A stretch of 64,000 nt of DNA from the NCBI GenBank assembly GCA_965215195.1, contig CBDCDC010000002.1, positions 1,536,001 to 1,600,000 of the forward strand, written 5' to 3'. Origin of the DNA: Candidatus Latescibacterota bacterium. Its GTDB lineage: Bacteria > Latescibacterota > UBA2968 > UBA8231. The notes beneath the pieces were generated by a model. The model was given only the letters and a program-made list of their open reading frames with translations, was not told the DNA's origin and did no database searches. A program made the translations under genes and the position numbers. Positions 18,529-30,637 of the stretch are shown here, piece by piece (positions within the stretch are counted from its first letter, which is position 1; every line of letters begins with the position of its first letter).

Positions 18529-20043
18529 ATGCCTTTATGGAAGCGAGTAAACGCTTGGCTAGTCCTCGTTTTAGGCGTAGTGGCCTGTTCCGATCCGCCG
18601 GTCGCGCCGGTGCCGGCGGGCAAAGCCCTCGGGCAGGCCGAAGCCGATAGCACACAGTCGGACGCTGCGACCGGTAGCCCCGCGCTAGAAGTCGGCTCGT
18701 TTGCCGATGCCAACCTAGAGCTTGCGGTGCGGCGGACGCTGAACAAGCCCGAAGGCCCGCTGACCGCCGACGATTTGGCGTCCCTGACGAAGCTCGACGT
18801 AGAATGGCAAGACGTCTCAGGTATTGAGAGCTTGGCCGGCCTCGAACACGCGACGGCGCTGGACACGCTGAACCTGTGGGGCAACCAGATTGTGGATTTG
18901 AGTCCATTGTCGGGGTTGACCAGCCTGACCCACCTGAACTTAGGGCACAATCAGGTGGTGGATGTGGGTGCGTTGGCGGGCTTGACCAATTTGAAATGGC
19001 TGAGTCTGTGGGGCAATGAGGTGGCGGACGTGAGTCCGTTGGCCGGCTTGACGAAGCTGACGTACCTGAACCTGTGGGGCAACCAGATTGAAGCGGTGAG
19101 TGCGTTGGCGGGGTTGACGAAGCTGATCTCGCTGGACTTGGGGCACAACGCGGTGGCAGATGTGCGGCCGTTGGATGACCTGACCCGGCTGGACTAGCTG
19201 GGCTTGGTGGACAATCTCATTCGCCAACCGGACCTCGCCGCACAGGTGCCCACCTTGATAGAAGGAGACGTCACGGTCTCCGTCGTCCTGCCGAACCCGC
19301 AACCACCGGCTCCACCCCCGGCTCCACCCCCGACTCCGGCTCCACCCCCGGCCCCGGTAGTCGTCTCGTTCGCCAACGCCCACTTAGAGCATGAGGTGCG
19401 GCTGAGACTGAGTAAACCGACAGGCGAACTTACATCCGCGGATCTGGCGTCCCTAACGCGGCTTGACCTAACCGGTCTAAGCATTCAGAGCTTGGCCGGC
19501 TTCGAACACATGACGGCGCTGACTTGGCTGGACCTGTCCGGCAACGCGGCTCTTGCGGATGTGAGTCCGTTGTTGAGCCTGACCAAGTTGAAAACGCTGA
19601 GTCTGAGTGAAACGGCCATTACGGATGCGGAGGTGGCTTCGCTGGCGAGCCTGACCAACCTGACATCTCTGACTCTGGCTGTCACGGCCATTACGGATGC
19701 GGGGGTGGCTTCGCTGTTGAGCCTGACCAAGTTGAAAACGCTGAATCTGGGTGTCACGGCCATTACAGATGCGGGGGTGGCTTCGCTGGCGAGCCTGACC
19801 AATCTGCAAACGCTGCGTCTGCATAACACGGCCATTACAGATGCGGGGGTGGCTTCGCTGGCGAGCCTGACCAACCTGCAAGATCTGTATCTGAATAGCA
19901 CGTCCATTACGGATGTGAGTCCGTTGCTCAGTCTGACCAAGTTGAAAACGCTGTGGCTGTTTAGCGTTACCACCCTCAGTGCCGAGTCAATCAACACACA
20001 CATCCCCGCCCTCGAAGCAAAAGGCGTTACGGTCCACCGATAA
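18529..20043 (+). CDS. Internalin-like leucine-rich repeat lipoprotein with an in-frame TAG at 19195-19197 (probable pseudogene or truncated form)
   Basis: AAGGAGG RBS, lipobox GVVAC, cap FADANLELAVRRTL, 22-aa LRRs, Pro-rich linker, second cap and 24-aa LRRs. ORFs 18469-19197 and 19204-20043 share one frame. Confidence 0.85.
19306..19356 (+). repeat. CCGGCTCCACCC tandem repeats encoding a PAPP linker
   Basis: Three copies of the 12-mer. Confidence 0.75.
19612..19920 (+). repeat. 72-nt coding tandem repeats (24-aa LRR units)
   Basis: ACGGCCATTAC(G/A)GATGCGG(A/G)GGTGGCTTCGCTG...GAGCCTGACC repeated four times at near identity. Confidence 0.85.
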
Positions 20044-20054
20044 TGAAAACCCTC

Positions 20055-20182
20055 AGAAGCTGTTGAGTTAAAACGAATATCGGTAACATCAGGCGATTTT
20101 ACGGGGATTTCAGCACCCTGGGGCTTATACGGCTGAAATCAGCCCTTTTCCGTAGATTATTCCGAATAACTCAACAGCTTCT
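20055..20182. mobile_element. 128-bp MITE with IS5-like ends
   Basis: Perfect 16-bp TIR AGAAGCTGTTGAGTTA/TAACTCAACAGCTTCT; internal IR GATTTCAGC/GCTGAAATC; no ORF. Confidence 0.7.
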
Positions 20183-20199
20183 TACTCAGGAGTCCTATC

Positions 20200-20904
20200 G
20201 TGATACCACTAGACTACGGGCGCTCGTTTGTAATCGGCAACGGCCCGGAAAACGAGGTGCGGTTCTGGGTTGAGTCGCGGACGCGCATCCTCGACGAAGC
20301 CTCCGGCCGCAGCGAGGACTACGTGCAAGTGGGATCGTGCAAGAGCGAGCACACCTTTGCCAAAGAAAATCTCCTGCACGAGGACAACTACGACTTCCTG
20401 CCGGTCTTTGGCCCGGAGTGGTCGGTCGTCTATCGGCGTCACGCCTATCTGCGAGACAGCTATCGAGAAATCCGCCGCTCCGAGGAGTGGTGGAACGGGC
20501 AGCAGTACCATTTGATAGCTGGGAGCGATGTGGAGGAACTGACCAGCAATGCGGCCGTGCGCGAGGCAACCTACGACTCGGTGCCAATCGCGGCGCAAAC
20601 CCAAGTGCGCAACGAGGACACTGGGTTGCAGGCAATCGTGGAGTACCCAGTCAAGACCATGAACACCAATCGCGCCAACGATATGTACCAAGTTGACAGC
20701 GGCCCGCTGGCCTTCCCGGACCTGAGCCAGCGCCACGCCCGCCACGTCGATGCCCTATCCCTCGCCTTTGTGGTCTTTAATGCGCCGCACTTTGCCGACT
20801 TCGTCCTCGAAGCACCGACCCGCGTAGGCGACGAGCAGGTATATCACTATTCAAAGTTAGTGTCCCTGCCGGCGGTAAACAGGCTCTACGCGGTGCGCGG
20901 ATAA
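20200..20904 (+). CDS. Hypothetical protein
   Basis: AGGAG RBS, GTG start, host-like codon usage, 234 aa; no motif recognised. Confidence 0.7.
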   Translation: MIPLDYGRSFVIGNGPENEVRFWVESRTRILDEASGRSEDYVQVGSCKSEHTFAKENLLHEDNYDFLPVFGPEWSVVYRRHAYLRDSYREIRRSEEWWNGQQYHLIAGSDVEELTSNAAVREATYDSVPIAAQTQVRNEDTGLQAIVEYPVKTMNTNRANDMYQVDSGPLAFPDLSQRHARHVDALSLAFVVFNAPHFADFVLEAPTRVGDEQVYHYSKLVSLPAVNRLYAVRG

Positions 20905-20972
20905 CACGATGGCAGCACCCAAAGCCCCTCGGAAAAGAGACGCAACAAGCGACTTGATGAGGGTTGGTTTAG

Positions 20973-21075
20973 CTTAGTACACGACACTAAAGTTTCCGCG
21001 AGCGTTTTTCACAGGGTGAGACGCTCTTGATCTCCGCACAAGGGTCGGTGCCGGAGTTTTCAGACAGCTTCTTAG
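20973..21075. mobile_element. Nested MITE end remnants
   Basis: CTTAGTACACGACACTAA (IS10-group-like end) at 20973. The reverse complement of 21057-21075 matches 46994-47012 (CTAAGAAGC(T/G)GTCTGAAAA) at 18/19. Confidence 0.5.
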
Positions 21076-21202
21076 AGCGTTGACGAGGACGCCCTCAATG
21101 AAGCGGCAGTCCTTGCCAAGACCACTCACTCCATTACTTTATATGCTTTCTTTTGCGCCATTGGAGGCGCAAAATTCACTCATTTTTAATTGGGAGAGAT
21201 CC

Positions 21203-23920
<2,718 letters not shown>

Positions 23921-23931
23921 GCGCATTACGT

Positions 23932-23970
23932 CTTCACCGCGCCTAAAGGCGTGAACAAGGCGCGGTGAAG
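23932..23970. repeat. REP-like hairpin, possible terminator or mRNA stabiliser
   Basis: 13-bp perfect IR CTTCACCGCGCCT/AGGCGCGGTGAAG; same family as 1997, 17879, 47119 and 47624. Confidence 0.65.
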
Positions 23971-24083
23971 CTAACATTCCTCGTGCTGGCTTAGTGATTG
24001 GTGGTCCGTTCCCTGGGGCTGGCCACTAATCACTAATACCAGTACCCGACCTAGCATCGGCGACCCAGTCGCAAGGAGGCACC

Positions 24084-25070
24084 ATGTACAGAGTAGGAGT
24101 CATAGGCTGCCGGGGCATTGGCAATCGGCACGCCCGCGGGGCCGAGAGCCTAGAAAACGCCGAGGTCGTGGCCGGTTGCGACCTCGTGCCGGCGCAACGC
24201 GACGAATTTGCAGCCCAGTTCGAAGCGACCAATTCCAAACTAAAAATGTACGCCGACTACCGGGAGATGCTGGAAAAAGCCCAGCTCGACATCGTCACGG
24301 TGGCCACCGGCGACAACCGGCACACCGACTTGGTGGTGGCCGCGGCCGAAGCCGGTGTCAAGGGGATTTTCTGCGAAAAGCCACTGGCCACCAGCGTGGA
24401 GGACGCCGACCGCATGGTGGCGGCCGCGGAACGCCACAACGCCTTGCTGTCCGTCGATCACACGCGCCGCTGGATGCCCGTCTGGCATCGCTGCCGCGAA
24501 CTGGTGGCCGCGGGCGAGATTGGCGACGTGAGAGCGGTCTTGTGCGAGCACTACGGCACGCGCTCAATGCTGTTCCGCAACGGCACCCACCTGCTCGACG
24601 CCATCATGTGGTTCGCCGGCAGTAGCCCCGAGTGGCTCGTCGCCGAGCTAGAGGACGGATACGCAGACTACAACGAGTACCGCGGCGACGGCGGACACGA
24701 CCCAGCCACCGAGCCGAGCGCCAATGCCTACATCCATTTCGCCAACGGCGTACGCGGGATCTACCTCGGAGAAAAACAGACCCCCAACCGACTCGACTTC
24801 ACTGTGTCGGGCACCACGGGGAGCATTTTCATCGAGCGGGAAGGCGACGCGTACATCGAGCGAGCCGGAGAGCGGGAGCCGGTTGAACCGCGCCAGTGGA
24901 AAGTGGATGGAATCGAAGCGGGCGTACATGAACTTGTGCACACGCTCGACGGCGAAGGTGAGCTGTCGTGTACTGGCCGAGACGGTCTGACCGTGGTGGA
25001 GATGATGATCGCCTGCCTGCAATCGCAGCAGCAGAACAACGCAAAAGTCGCGCTGCCGCTGCCTAGATAG
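24084..25070 (+). CDS. Gfo/Idh/MocA family oxidoreductase
   Basis: VGVIGCRGIG, FCEKPLA, GTHLLD. Confidence 0.9.
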   Translation: MYRVGVIGCRGIGNRHARGAESLENAEVVAGCDLVPAQRDEFAAQFEATNSKLKMYADYREMLEKAQLDIVTVATGDNRHTDLVVAAAEAGVKGIFCEKPLATSVEDADRMVAAAERHNALLSVDHTRRWMPVWHRCRELVAAGEIGDVRAVLCEHYGTRSMLFRNGTHLLDAIMWFAGSSPEWLVAELEDGYADYNEYRGDGGHDPATEPSANAYIHFANGVRGIYLGEKQTPNRLDFTVSGTTGSIFIEREGDAYIERAGEREPVEPRQWKVDGIEAGVHELVHTLDGEGELSCTGRDGLTVVEMMIACLQSQQQNNAKVALPLPR

Positions 25071-25207
25071 GCACTCGCGGACGAGCGGCCGCGACCGCTG
25101 GGAAGCGCAAGCGCCGGTGCCTACCGAACGCGAAATTGGCGATTTGCACGAATTCGCGCCCTGACCGTACACTGCCCCGCCACGCCGCATTGAGGCGTCC
25201 TCACTGT

Positions 25208-27199
25208 ATGCGCACTTTCTTTTTTCTCGCCCTAACTGCGCCTCTGTTGGTCCCAAGCTCTGGCTGGAGTCTAACCATCTATCGCATCGGTGGATCCGCT
25301 AAGGCCCCACCCCCGGAAGCAGAGCTAGCAGGAGTGGAATTCGCGCCGCTGACTTGGGCGGCGGCCGCCCAGGGGTTCGACGGAAAGATGCAAGGGCTGG
25401 CACTGGGGGAAGTGAGAATCGCGCCCGTACTGGTTTCCCCGAATGACAACCTCATCCTCACCGCCTCGGCTAGAGGAGGTGGCCCGGCCGGCTTTGCCAT
25501 CAAACGCGGGCAGAACCTGTACGGAGTGCTCGTGGCGGATCAATTGGTCGACAAAATTGCCGACGGAGACCCAACCACTGCTTTTCGCCTCGTCGATGAC
25601 CAAGGGCTGGCGAGGTTCTCTTCCGCTTCACCTGGAACCTTCCTGCTCGATTTGGGATGGCACTTTCCCATAAACAGGATTCGCTTCTATCCCACGCCCC
25701 AGTATACAGGACGCAATGTCGAGGAATTTGTCGTCCAAGTCGTAGAGGGCAGCTCCACCGGAGCCGTTGGATCGAGGACGGCCAACTGGCAGAAAATATT
25801 CAATGCTCTCTTCCCCGACGGCACCCGCAGCCAGAGCGTGGCGGGTGCGCCGCGAGACGAGTGGACAGTTGATGTCGTAGGCGCGGTGTCGCCCAATCGG
25901 CAGCAGCTCGTCGATTTTCTCTTTCCCACCCGCACGGTCGAGTACGTGGCGCTGACCGTTGCCGGGCAAGAAATGTGGGAAGTCGCCGAATTGGAAGTCT
26001 ATGGCGAGGGCTACGTGCCTCGGGCACTCTACCAATCCAAGGTGCTGGATTTGGGCGCGACCTCAACCTTGGGGACGCTCCGCTGGACCGGCTGCAAAGA
26101 CGGCGATGCCCACGTCGAAATCCGCACCCGCAGCGGCTCGGACCCGGACCCCAACCGCTACTGGCGCTTCACTGGCCGCGACGATGAGAAGACCTTCCTC
26201 GACGATGAAGGCCAGCCCCTAACCCACACCGCCCACCAAAGCCTGTCCTTTGGCCAAGGCCCCATCACCCCAGATCTGGACCACTGGAGCGACTGGTCGG
26301 GAGGCTACTCCTTCGCCGACAGCTTGGGAACTCCCATGACCTCGCCCGGGCCGCAGCGCTTCGTGCAACTACAAGTCGCTTTCGCCACCAAGGACGGGCA
26401 GGCCGGGGAGCTCGAGCTAGTGGAGTTGCTCATCTCCCGGCCGCCGGTGAGCGGTCCAGTGGTCGCCGAGGTCTGGCCGGTGGCAGTGGAGCCGGCCGCG
26501 GTGACGAGCTTTGTCTATGCCTTGCGGCCGGAACTGGGGCGGGCGACCAGCGGCTTCGATCAGCTCGTGCTGGAGACCTCGGGTCGGTTTGTCGGGGTGG
26601 ATTCGGTGCGGATCAATCAGGAGCGGCAGGCTCTTGTGCTGGCGGAGCCGCTCCAGGACCAGCGGCTGGTGGTGGCCCTGCCGCGGCTGGGGCCGGCCGA
26701 CAACCAGAAAGTGGTGGAGCTGTTCTTTCAAGCCCAGAGCTTCCACTTTGGCACTTGGTTCCACGGGGCGGTGTTCGACTCGGAGCGGCCCCTAGCGGTG
26801 GGGCAGCGGGTGGAGGCGGGCGATGCGCTTTTTCAGCTAGAGGGCAATCAAGTGTGGGTGGGCATCCAGCTAGACCGTGGGCTGCTGCAGCAAGTGGGGG
26901 TGGCAACGCCGCTACTCACGCCCAATGGGGACGGGGTCAACGACGCAGTGGCCATCGAATACACCGTGCTCAAGTTGGCCCGAGCTGGGGCGGTGGAGGT
27001 GACCGTTTTCGATATAGCGGGGCACCGGGTGCGACAGCTCTACGAGGGCCGCGATCGCAGCGGCCGGTACGGTCGGTGGTGGGACGGCCGAGGCGCGGAC
27101 GGTCGGGTGGTGGGGCCGGGTTTGTATGTATATCGAGTGCGCGTTGCCGCCGATCAGGGCTGGGAACAGCGCAGCGGCCTCATTCCCGTCGCGTATTAG
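25208..27199 (+). CDS. Secreted protein with discoidin-like region and TPNGDGxND/FlgD-Ig C-terminal domain (paralog 1)
   Basis: Signal peptide; LTIYRIGG, DGDPTT, LDLG..FPINRIRFYP, ELEVYGEGYVP, IRTRSG.DPDP.RYWR, TPNGDGVND, WDGR...PGLYVYRV. Confidence 0.85.
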   Translation: MRTFFFLALTAPLLVPSSGWSLTIYRIGGSAKAPPPEAELAGVEFAPLTWAAAAQGFDGKMQGLALGEVRIAPVLVSPNDNLILTASARGGGPAGFAIKRGQNLYGVLVADQLVDKIADGDPTTAFRLVDDQGLARFSSASPGTFLLDLGWHFPINRIRFYPTPQYTGRNVEEFVVQVVEGSSTGAVGSRTANWQKIFNALFPDGTRSQSVAGAPRDEWTVDVVGAVSPNRQQLVDFLFPTRTVEYVALTVAGQEMWEVAELEVYGEGYVPRALYQSKVLDLGATSTLGTLRWTGCKDGDAHVEIRTRSGSDPDPNRYWRFTGRDDEKTFLDDEGQPLTHTAHQSLSFGQGPITPDLDHWSDWSGGYSFADSLGTPMTSPGPQRFVQLQVAFATKDGQAGELELVELLISRPPVSGPVVAEVWPVAVEPAAVTSFVYALRPELGRATSGFDQLVLETSGRFVGVDSVRINQERQALVLAEPLQDQRLVVALPRLGPADNQKVVELFFQAQSFHFGTWFHGAVFDSERPLAVGQRVEAGDALFQLEGNQVWVGIQLDRGLLQQVGVATPLLTPNGDGVNDAVAIEYTVLKLARAGAVEVTVFDIAGHRVRQLYEGRDRSGRYGRWWDGRGADGRVVGPGLYVYRVRVAADQGWEQRSGLIPVAY

Positions 27200-27244
27200 C
27201 CGCTTGAGAAAACTGGCCCGGCCAACCCACTACCTATTATTCTA

Positions 27245-27273
27245 TTGATTTGCTACTTAAATTTCTTTATAAC
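27245..27273 (+). promoter_or_regulatory. Putative sigma70 promoter
   Basis: TTGATT-17 nt-TATAAC in an AT-rich leader. Confidence 0.45.
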
Positions 27274-27445
27274 AACACATAGTTCGCCCGTCGTTTAGAA
27301 TCTATTATTCCCACGGAAAGCGTGAAGTCACAAAAGAAAGGAGGGAATGAGCAAAGAAGTTGCGAATTTAGCTCAAACTCCATGGATGAAAAGAGGTGGG
27401 GTGGTTGTTTATGTCTCCTATCCATCATTGAGAAAGGAAAAAACA

Positions 27446-28333
27446 ATGGCACGTCGCATCATGGTCGCTGCTCTAGCGTTCACTCTGATCGCAGGAGGTA
27501 GCGCATCCGCACATTCCCCCGAAGGCGAAATTTTTAGCGCCTTCCAGTGGCCCCCAGGTCTCGAGCCCGTACTAGACGGAGTTGGCAGTGAGTACGGTAT
27601 CATTCCCGAGCCCTACTGGCAGACCACGGAACAATTCCCTGACACCCAAGGCGGCCGGGATATCGATCCGTCGAATTTCGACGCCAAGGCCACGATAACC
27701 TACAGTCTCGGCACCAACTTGATCTACGCGTACAGCGAGGTGTTCGACGACATCAGCATACCGCCCGACACTTGGCAGTTCATGATTGATGCCGACCACA
27801 GCGGGGGCGATTGCTATCCCGACACCGACGACAATGCGCGCTGGCACGCCTCGGCCTGCCAGCAGTACGAGGTGTACAACCACATTCCCGGGGAGGAGGG
27901 AGACGACCCCGTCCACTTCTTCTGGGGGACCGCTACTTGGCTGCCCGAGGAGGGCTGGTACAACATAACATGCACCTTTGACGGCGAGAAAGACGGTCCG
28001 GGCACGGTCTATCGGGAAGTGCAGTTTATGCCCCTCAACGACCTCAACTCCCCGGCTGGAGCAGCAGAGTCCGTCACCCACACCCTGGCCGAGGGCGAGA
28101 TCATAGGGCTCGGGTACAACTGGATGGACTACGACGAAGTGGGCCGCGAGGTTCAGGGGGGCGGCTGGCAGGCCTTCTACAACCTGAGCCAGCACGACCG
28201 GATGTACCGCAGTGGCGACGGTGCCTGCGACTTTTTCCTAGCCCCCGTGGATGAGACGGTCGATTTCAGCGCGATTCCCTCCGCGGTCGAGGCCACGACC
28301 TGGGGCCGGATAAAGACCGGATTCGTCCACTAG
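27446..28333 (+). CDS. Secreted acidic protein (DOMON/CBM9-like) with C-terminal TWGxIK motif
   Basis: AAGGA RBS, signal peptide, PVLDG, EVFDD, MIDADHSGG; ends SAVEATTWGRIKTGFVH. Confidence 0.75.
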   Translation: MARRIMVAALAFTLIAGGSASAHSPEGEIFSAFQWPPGLEPVLDGVGSEYGIIPEPYWQTTEQFPDTQGGRDIDPSNFDAKATITYSLGTNLIYAYSEVFDDISIPPDTWQFMIDADHSGGDCYPDTDDNARWHASACQQYEVYNHIPGEEGDDPVHFFWGTATWLPEEGWYNITCTFDGEKDGPGTVYREVQFMPLNDLNSPAGAAESVTHTLAEGEIIGLGYNWMDYDEVGREVQGGGWQAFYNLSQHDRMYRSGDGACDFFLAPVDETVDFSAIPSAVEATTWGRIKTGFVH

Positions 28334-28371
28334 CCATCCCTCACGCCCGAGGAGATAGCCTGCTATCTTCC

Positions 28372-28406
28372 GCCGCCTGGCACATGGTTCCAGTGTGCCA
28401 GGCGGC
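28372..28406. terminator. Strong intergenic hairpin (terminator or mRNA stabiliser)
   Basis: 13-bp stem GCCGCCTGGCACA/TGTGCCAGGCGGC; no U-tract. Confidence 0.45.
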
Positions 28407-28432
28407 ATCCTAGAAGCCGAAGAGTTTCGCGG

Positions 28433-30376
28433 ATGCGGCTCTCAATCCTCCTATCGACACTGATCCCAACCCTCGCTTGGGGACTCACCATATATCGCAT
28501 CGGCGGCACTCCAGATTACGCCCACCCGCTGGCGGACAGTACAGGAGTCGAGATCGTCGAGCTGACTTGGGAGGAGTTCGCCCAAGACCCCAAGCTGGAG
28601 GCACGGGGAGTGCGCACCAGTGAGGCGGGGAGTCTCGTGCCTGTATTCGTCAGTCCAGACGAGAATCTGTCCTTGGGCGCTATCGAGCGGGGCGAGGGCA
28701 AAAAATTCTATCCCGAACAGCGATTTGGGTCGTCCGATGGCGCTGGTCCCCGGGGCCACAAGTACGGCACCATTGCCAAAAACGATTTCACCGACTGGAC
28801 CGTGGACGGCGATCCAACCACCTACATGTGGCCGTCTGATCTGCTCACCGACCGACTGAACCCCAAGCTCGTCCTGTTCTTGGGCGCTACTTTTCCAGTG
28901 AATCGGGTCGTGGTCTATCCCCGTCGGGATCACCCCGAGCGCTACGTCGAGGACTATACCCTGTACGCGTGGCGCGAGGGCCAAGTCATGGGGCTGCACC
29001 GCAATTCGGGCGACGGACAAATAGTGGCGCGGGGCCGCGAAAATCGGGATCCAGTCATTGACATGCGGTTTCCCACCGCGGTCGTCGATCGGCTCATGTT
29101 CAATATCGACAACTTCGACGAGCCGTACATGGCGAACCGAATGTGGGAAATAGCCGAGTTCGAAATATACGGCGAGGGGTACGTGCCCAAAGGGTTGTAC
29201 ACTTCCAAGGCCCTTGAACTGGACGCCGCGTCCAGTCTGGGCGAAATCCGCTTTTGCGGCTTCAAGGACCGCGACGCCAAATTGCGGATTCGCACCCGCA
29301 GCGGCAGCGACGAAGACCCCGAGCGCTACTGGCGTCTCACCGGTCGCGGCGACGAAAGAAGTTTTCTCAAGGACAACGGTCAGCCCCTGACGCGCTCGGA
29401 TTACAACAACCTGCAGGGCGGCAAGGGCGGGATTACCACGGACTTAGACAACTGGAGCTTCTGGTCGGGGCCCTACGACTTGGCCGACAGTCTGGGGACC
29501 CCAATCACCTCCCCGAGTCCGCGGCAGTTTTTCCAGCTCCAGCTCGAGTTCTTGCCCGAGGGTTTGGACGGAGCCGGCGTGGATTTTATCGAGTTTCACA
29601 TCACGCAACCGCCGGTGGCCGGGCGCGTGATCGGAGAAATTTGGCCCACCGAAGTGGCCCCGGGCCAAGAGACTCCCTTCGTCTATGCCATGCTGCCGAC
29701 CTTTTTCGGGGGCGAGGGCGGGTTTGACCAGATCGTGCTGGAGACGACCGGGCAGTTTACCGGCGTGGATTCAGTTCGCATCAACGAGGAGCGGCTCCAA
29801 GATCGAGAATGGGAATTACTCGCACCGCTCCAAGACCAGCGGCTCGTGCTGTCCCTGCCGCGGATAGACCGCACCAAGAGCGGCAGACTGGTGGAGGTCT
29901 TCTTTCAGGGACGGGCATTCCGCTTTGGCACCGTATTCTCCGGGCAGGTTTTCGACGGCCAACGGCCTCTCGAAGTAGGGCAGTTCGTGGAGGACGGAGA
30001 TGCGACCTTCCGACTCGACAGCAACCAACGCTCCGTGGGCATCGCCCTGAACGGCCATATCGTCAGCAAGGTGGCGGCGAATCCGCGGGTGGTGACGCCC
30101 AACGACGACGGGGTCAACGACGAGGTGCGCATCGAGTACACCTTGCTGGAACTAGCCGGCGTCGGACAGGTGAAAGTGAGTATATTCGATCTGGCCGGCC
30201 ACCAAGTGCGCCAAGTGTACGCGGGAGAGGACAGCAGCGGCCAACACGCGCAACTGTGGGACGGTCTGGGCGCAGGCGAGCAGGTAGTGGCGCCGGGGGT
30301 CTATCTGTATCGGGTGCAAGTGGATACGGATGCCGGACGGGAAGAGCGCAATGGTCTGGTTGCGGTAGTTTTTTAG
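28433..30376 (+). CDS. Secreted FlgD-Ig-tail protein (paralog 2)
   Basis: Signal peptide; LTIYRIGG, DGDPTT, WEIAEFEIYGEGYVP, IRTRSGSDEDPERYWR, SPSPRQFFQ, TPNDDGVND, PGVYLYRV. Confidence 0.85.
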   Translation: MRLSILLSTLIPTLAWGLTIYRIGGTPDYAHPLADSTGVEIVELTWEEFAQDPKLEARGVRTSEAGSLVPVFVSPDENLSLGAIERGEGKKFYPEQRFGSSDGAGPRGHKYGTIAKNDFTDWTVDGDPTTYMWPSDLLTDRLNPKLVLFLGATFPVNRVVVYPRRDHPERYVEDYTLYAWREGQVMGLHRNSGDGQIVARGRENRDPVIDMRFPTAVVDRLMFNIDNFDEPYMANRMWEIAEFEIYGEGYVPKGLYTSKALELDAASSLGEIRFCGFKDRDAKLRIRTRSGSDEDPERYWRLTGRGDERSFLKDNGQPLTRSDYNNLQGGKGGITTDLDNWSFWSGPYDLADSLGTPITSPSPRQFFQLQLEFLPEGLDGAGVDFIEFHITQPPVAGRVIGEIWPTEVAPGQETPFVYAMLPTFFGGEGGFDQIVLETTGQFTGVDSVRINEERLQDREWELLAPLQDQRLVLSLPRIDRTKSGRLVEVFFQGRAFRFGTVFSGQVFDGQRPLEVGQFVEDGDATFRLDSNQRSVGIALNGHIVSKVAANPRVVTPNDDGVNDEVRIEYTLLELAGVGQVKVSIFDLAGHQVRQVYAGEDSSGQHAQLWDGLGAGEQVVAPGVYLYRVQVDTDAGREERNGLVAVVF

Positions 30377-30393
30377 GGGCCTCTACCGCTGGT

Positions 30394-30525
30394 CTTCGTA
30401 CACGACCCCTAAAGTAGGCGACACTTACTTTGAGTACGCCTTTTCTGCGGTTTCCGCTGGGTCCAGGATCGAGGGCGTCTCGCCCTCGATCCTTGGCAGG
30501 CTGAGGGCTGGTGTCGGGTAGTAAG
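30394..30525. mobile_element. MITE with IS4-family (IS10 group)-like ends
   Basis: Ends CTTCGTACACGACCCC and GGTGTCGGGTAGTAAG; flanks ACCGCTGGT/ACCTCTGGT (9-bp TSD, one mismatch); internal hairpin GGATCGAGGGCG-TCT-CGCCCTCGATCC. Confidence 0.65.
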
Positions 30526-30637
30526 ACCTCTGGTACACTTTTGCTTTGTTGCCCAGCTCTGCTACCGGCTATCCACTCCCTCTGCTGTCTGACCGGCCAC
30601 GTAACGCTATGCAGATTTCTTCTGAGGGAGGGTACAA

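Noticed and set aside
19195-19197. Pyrrolysine recoding of the LRR amber codon
   Set aside because: No pyl genes in the window, and TAG is used as an ordinary stop elsewhere (e.g. 6582, 25070, 27199).
20905-21202. Cobalamin or other riboswitch upstream of the TonB receptor
   Set aside because: No recognisable B12-box or TPP core; the region holds MITE end remnants. An Rfam scan would settle it.
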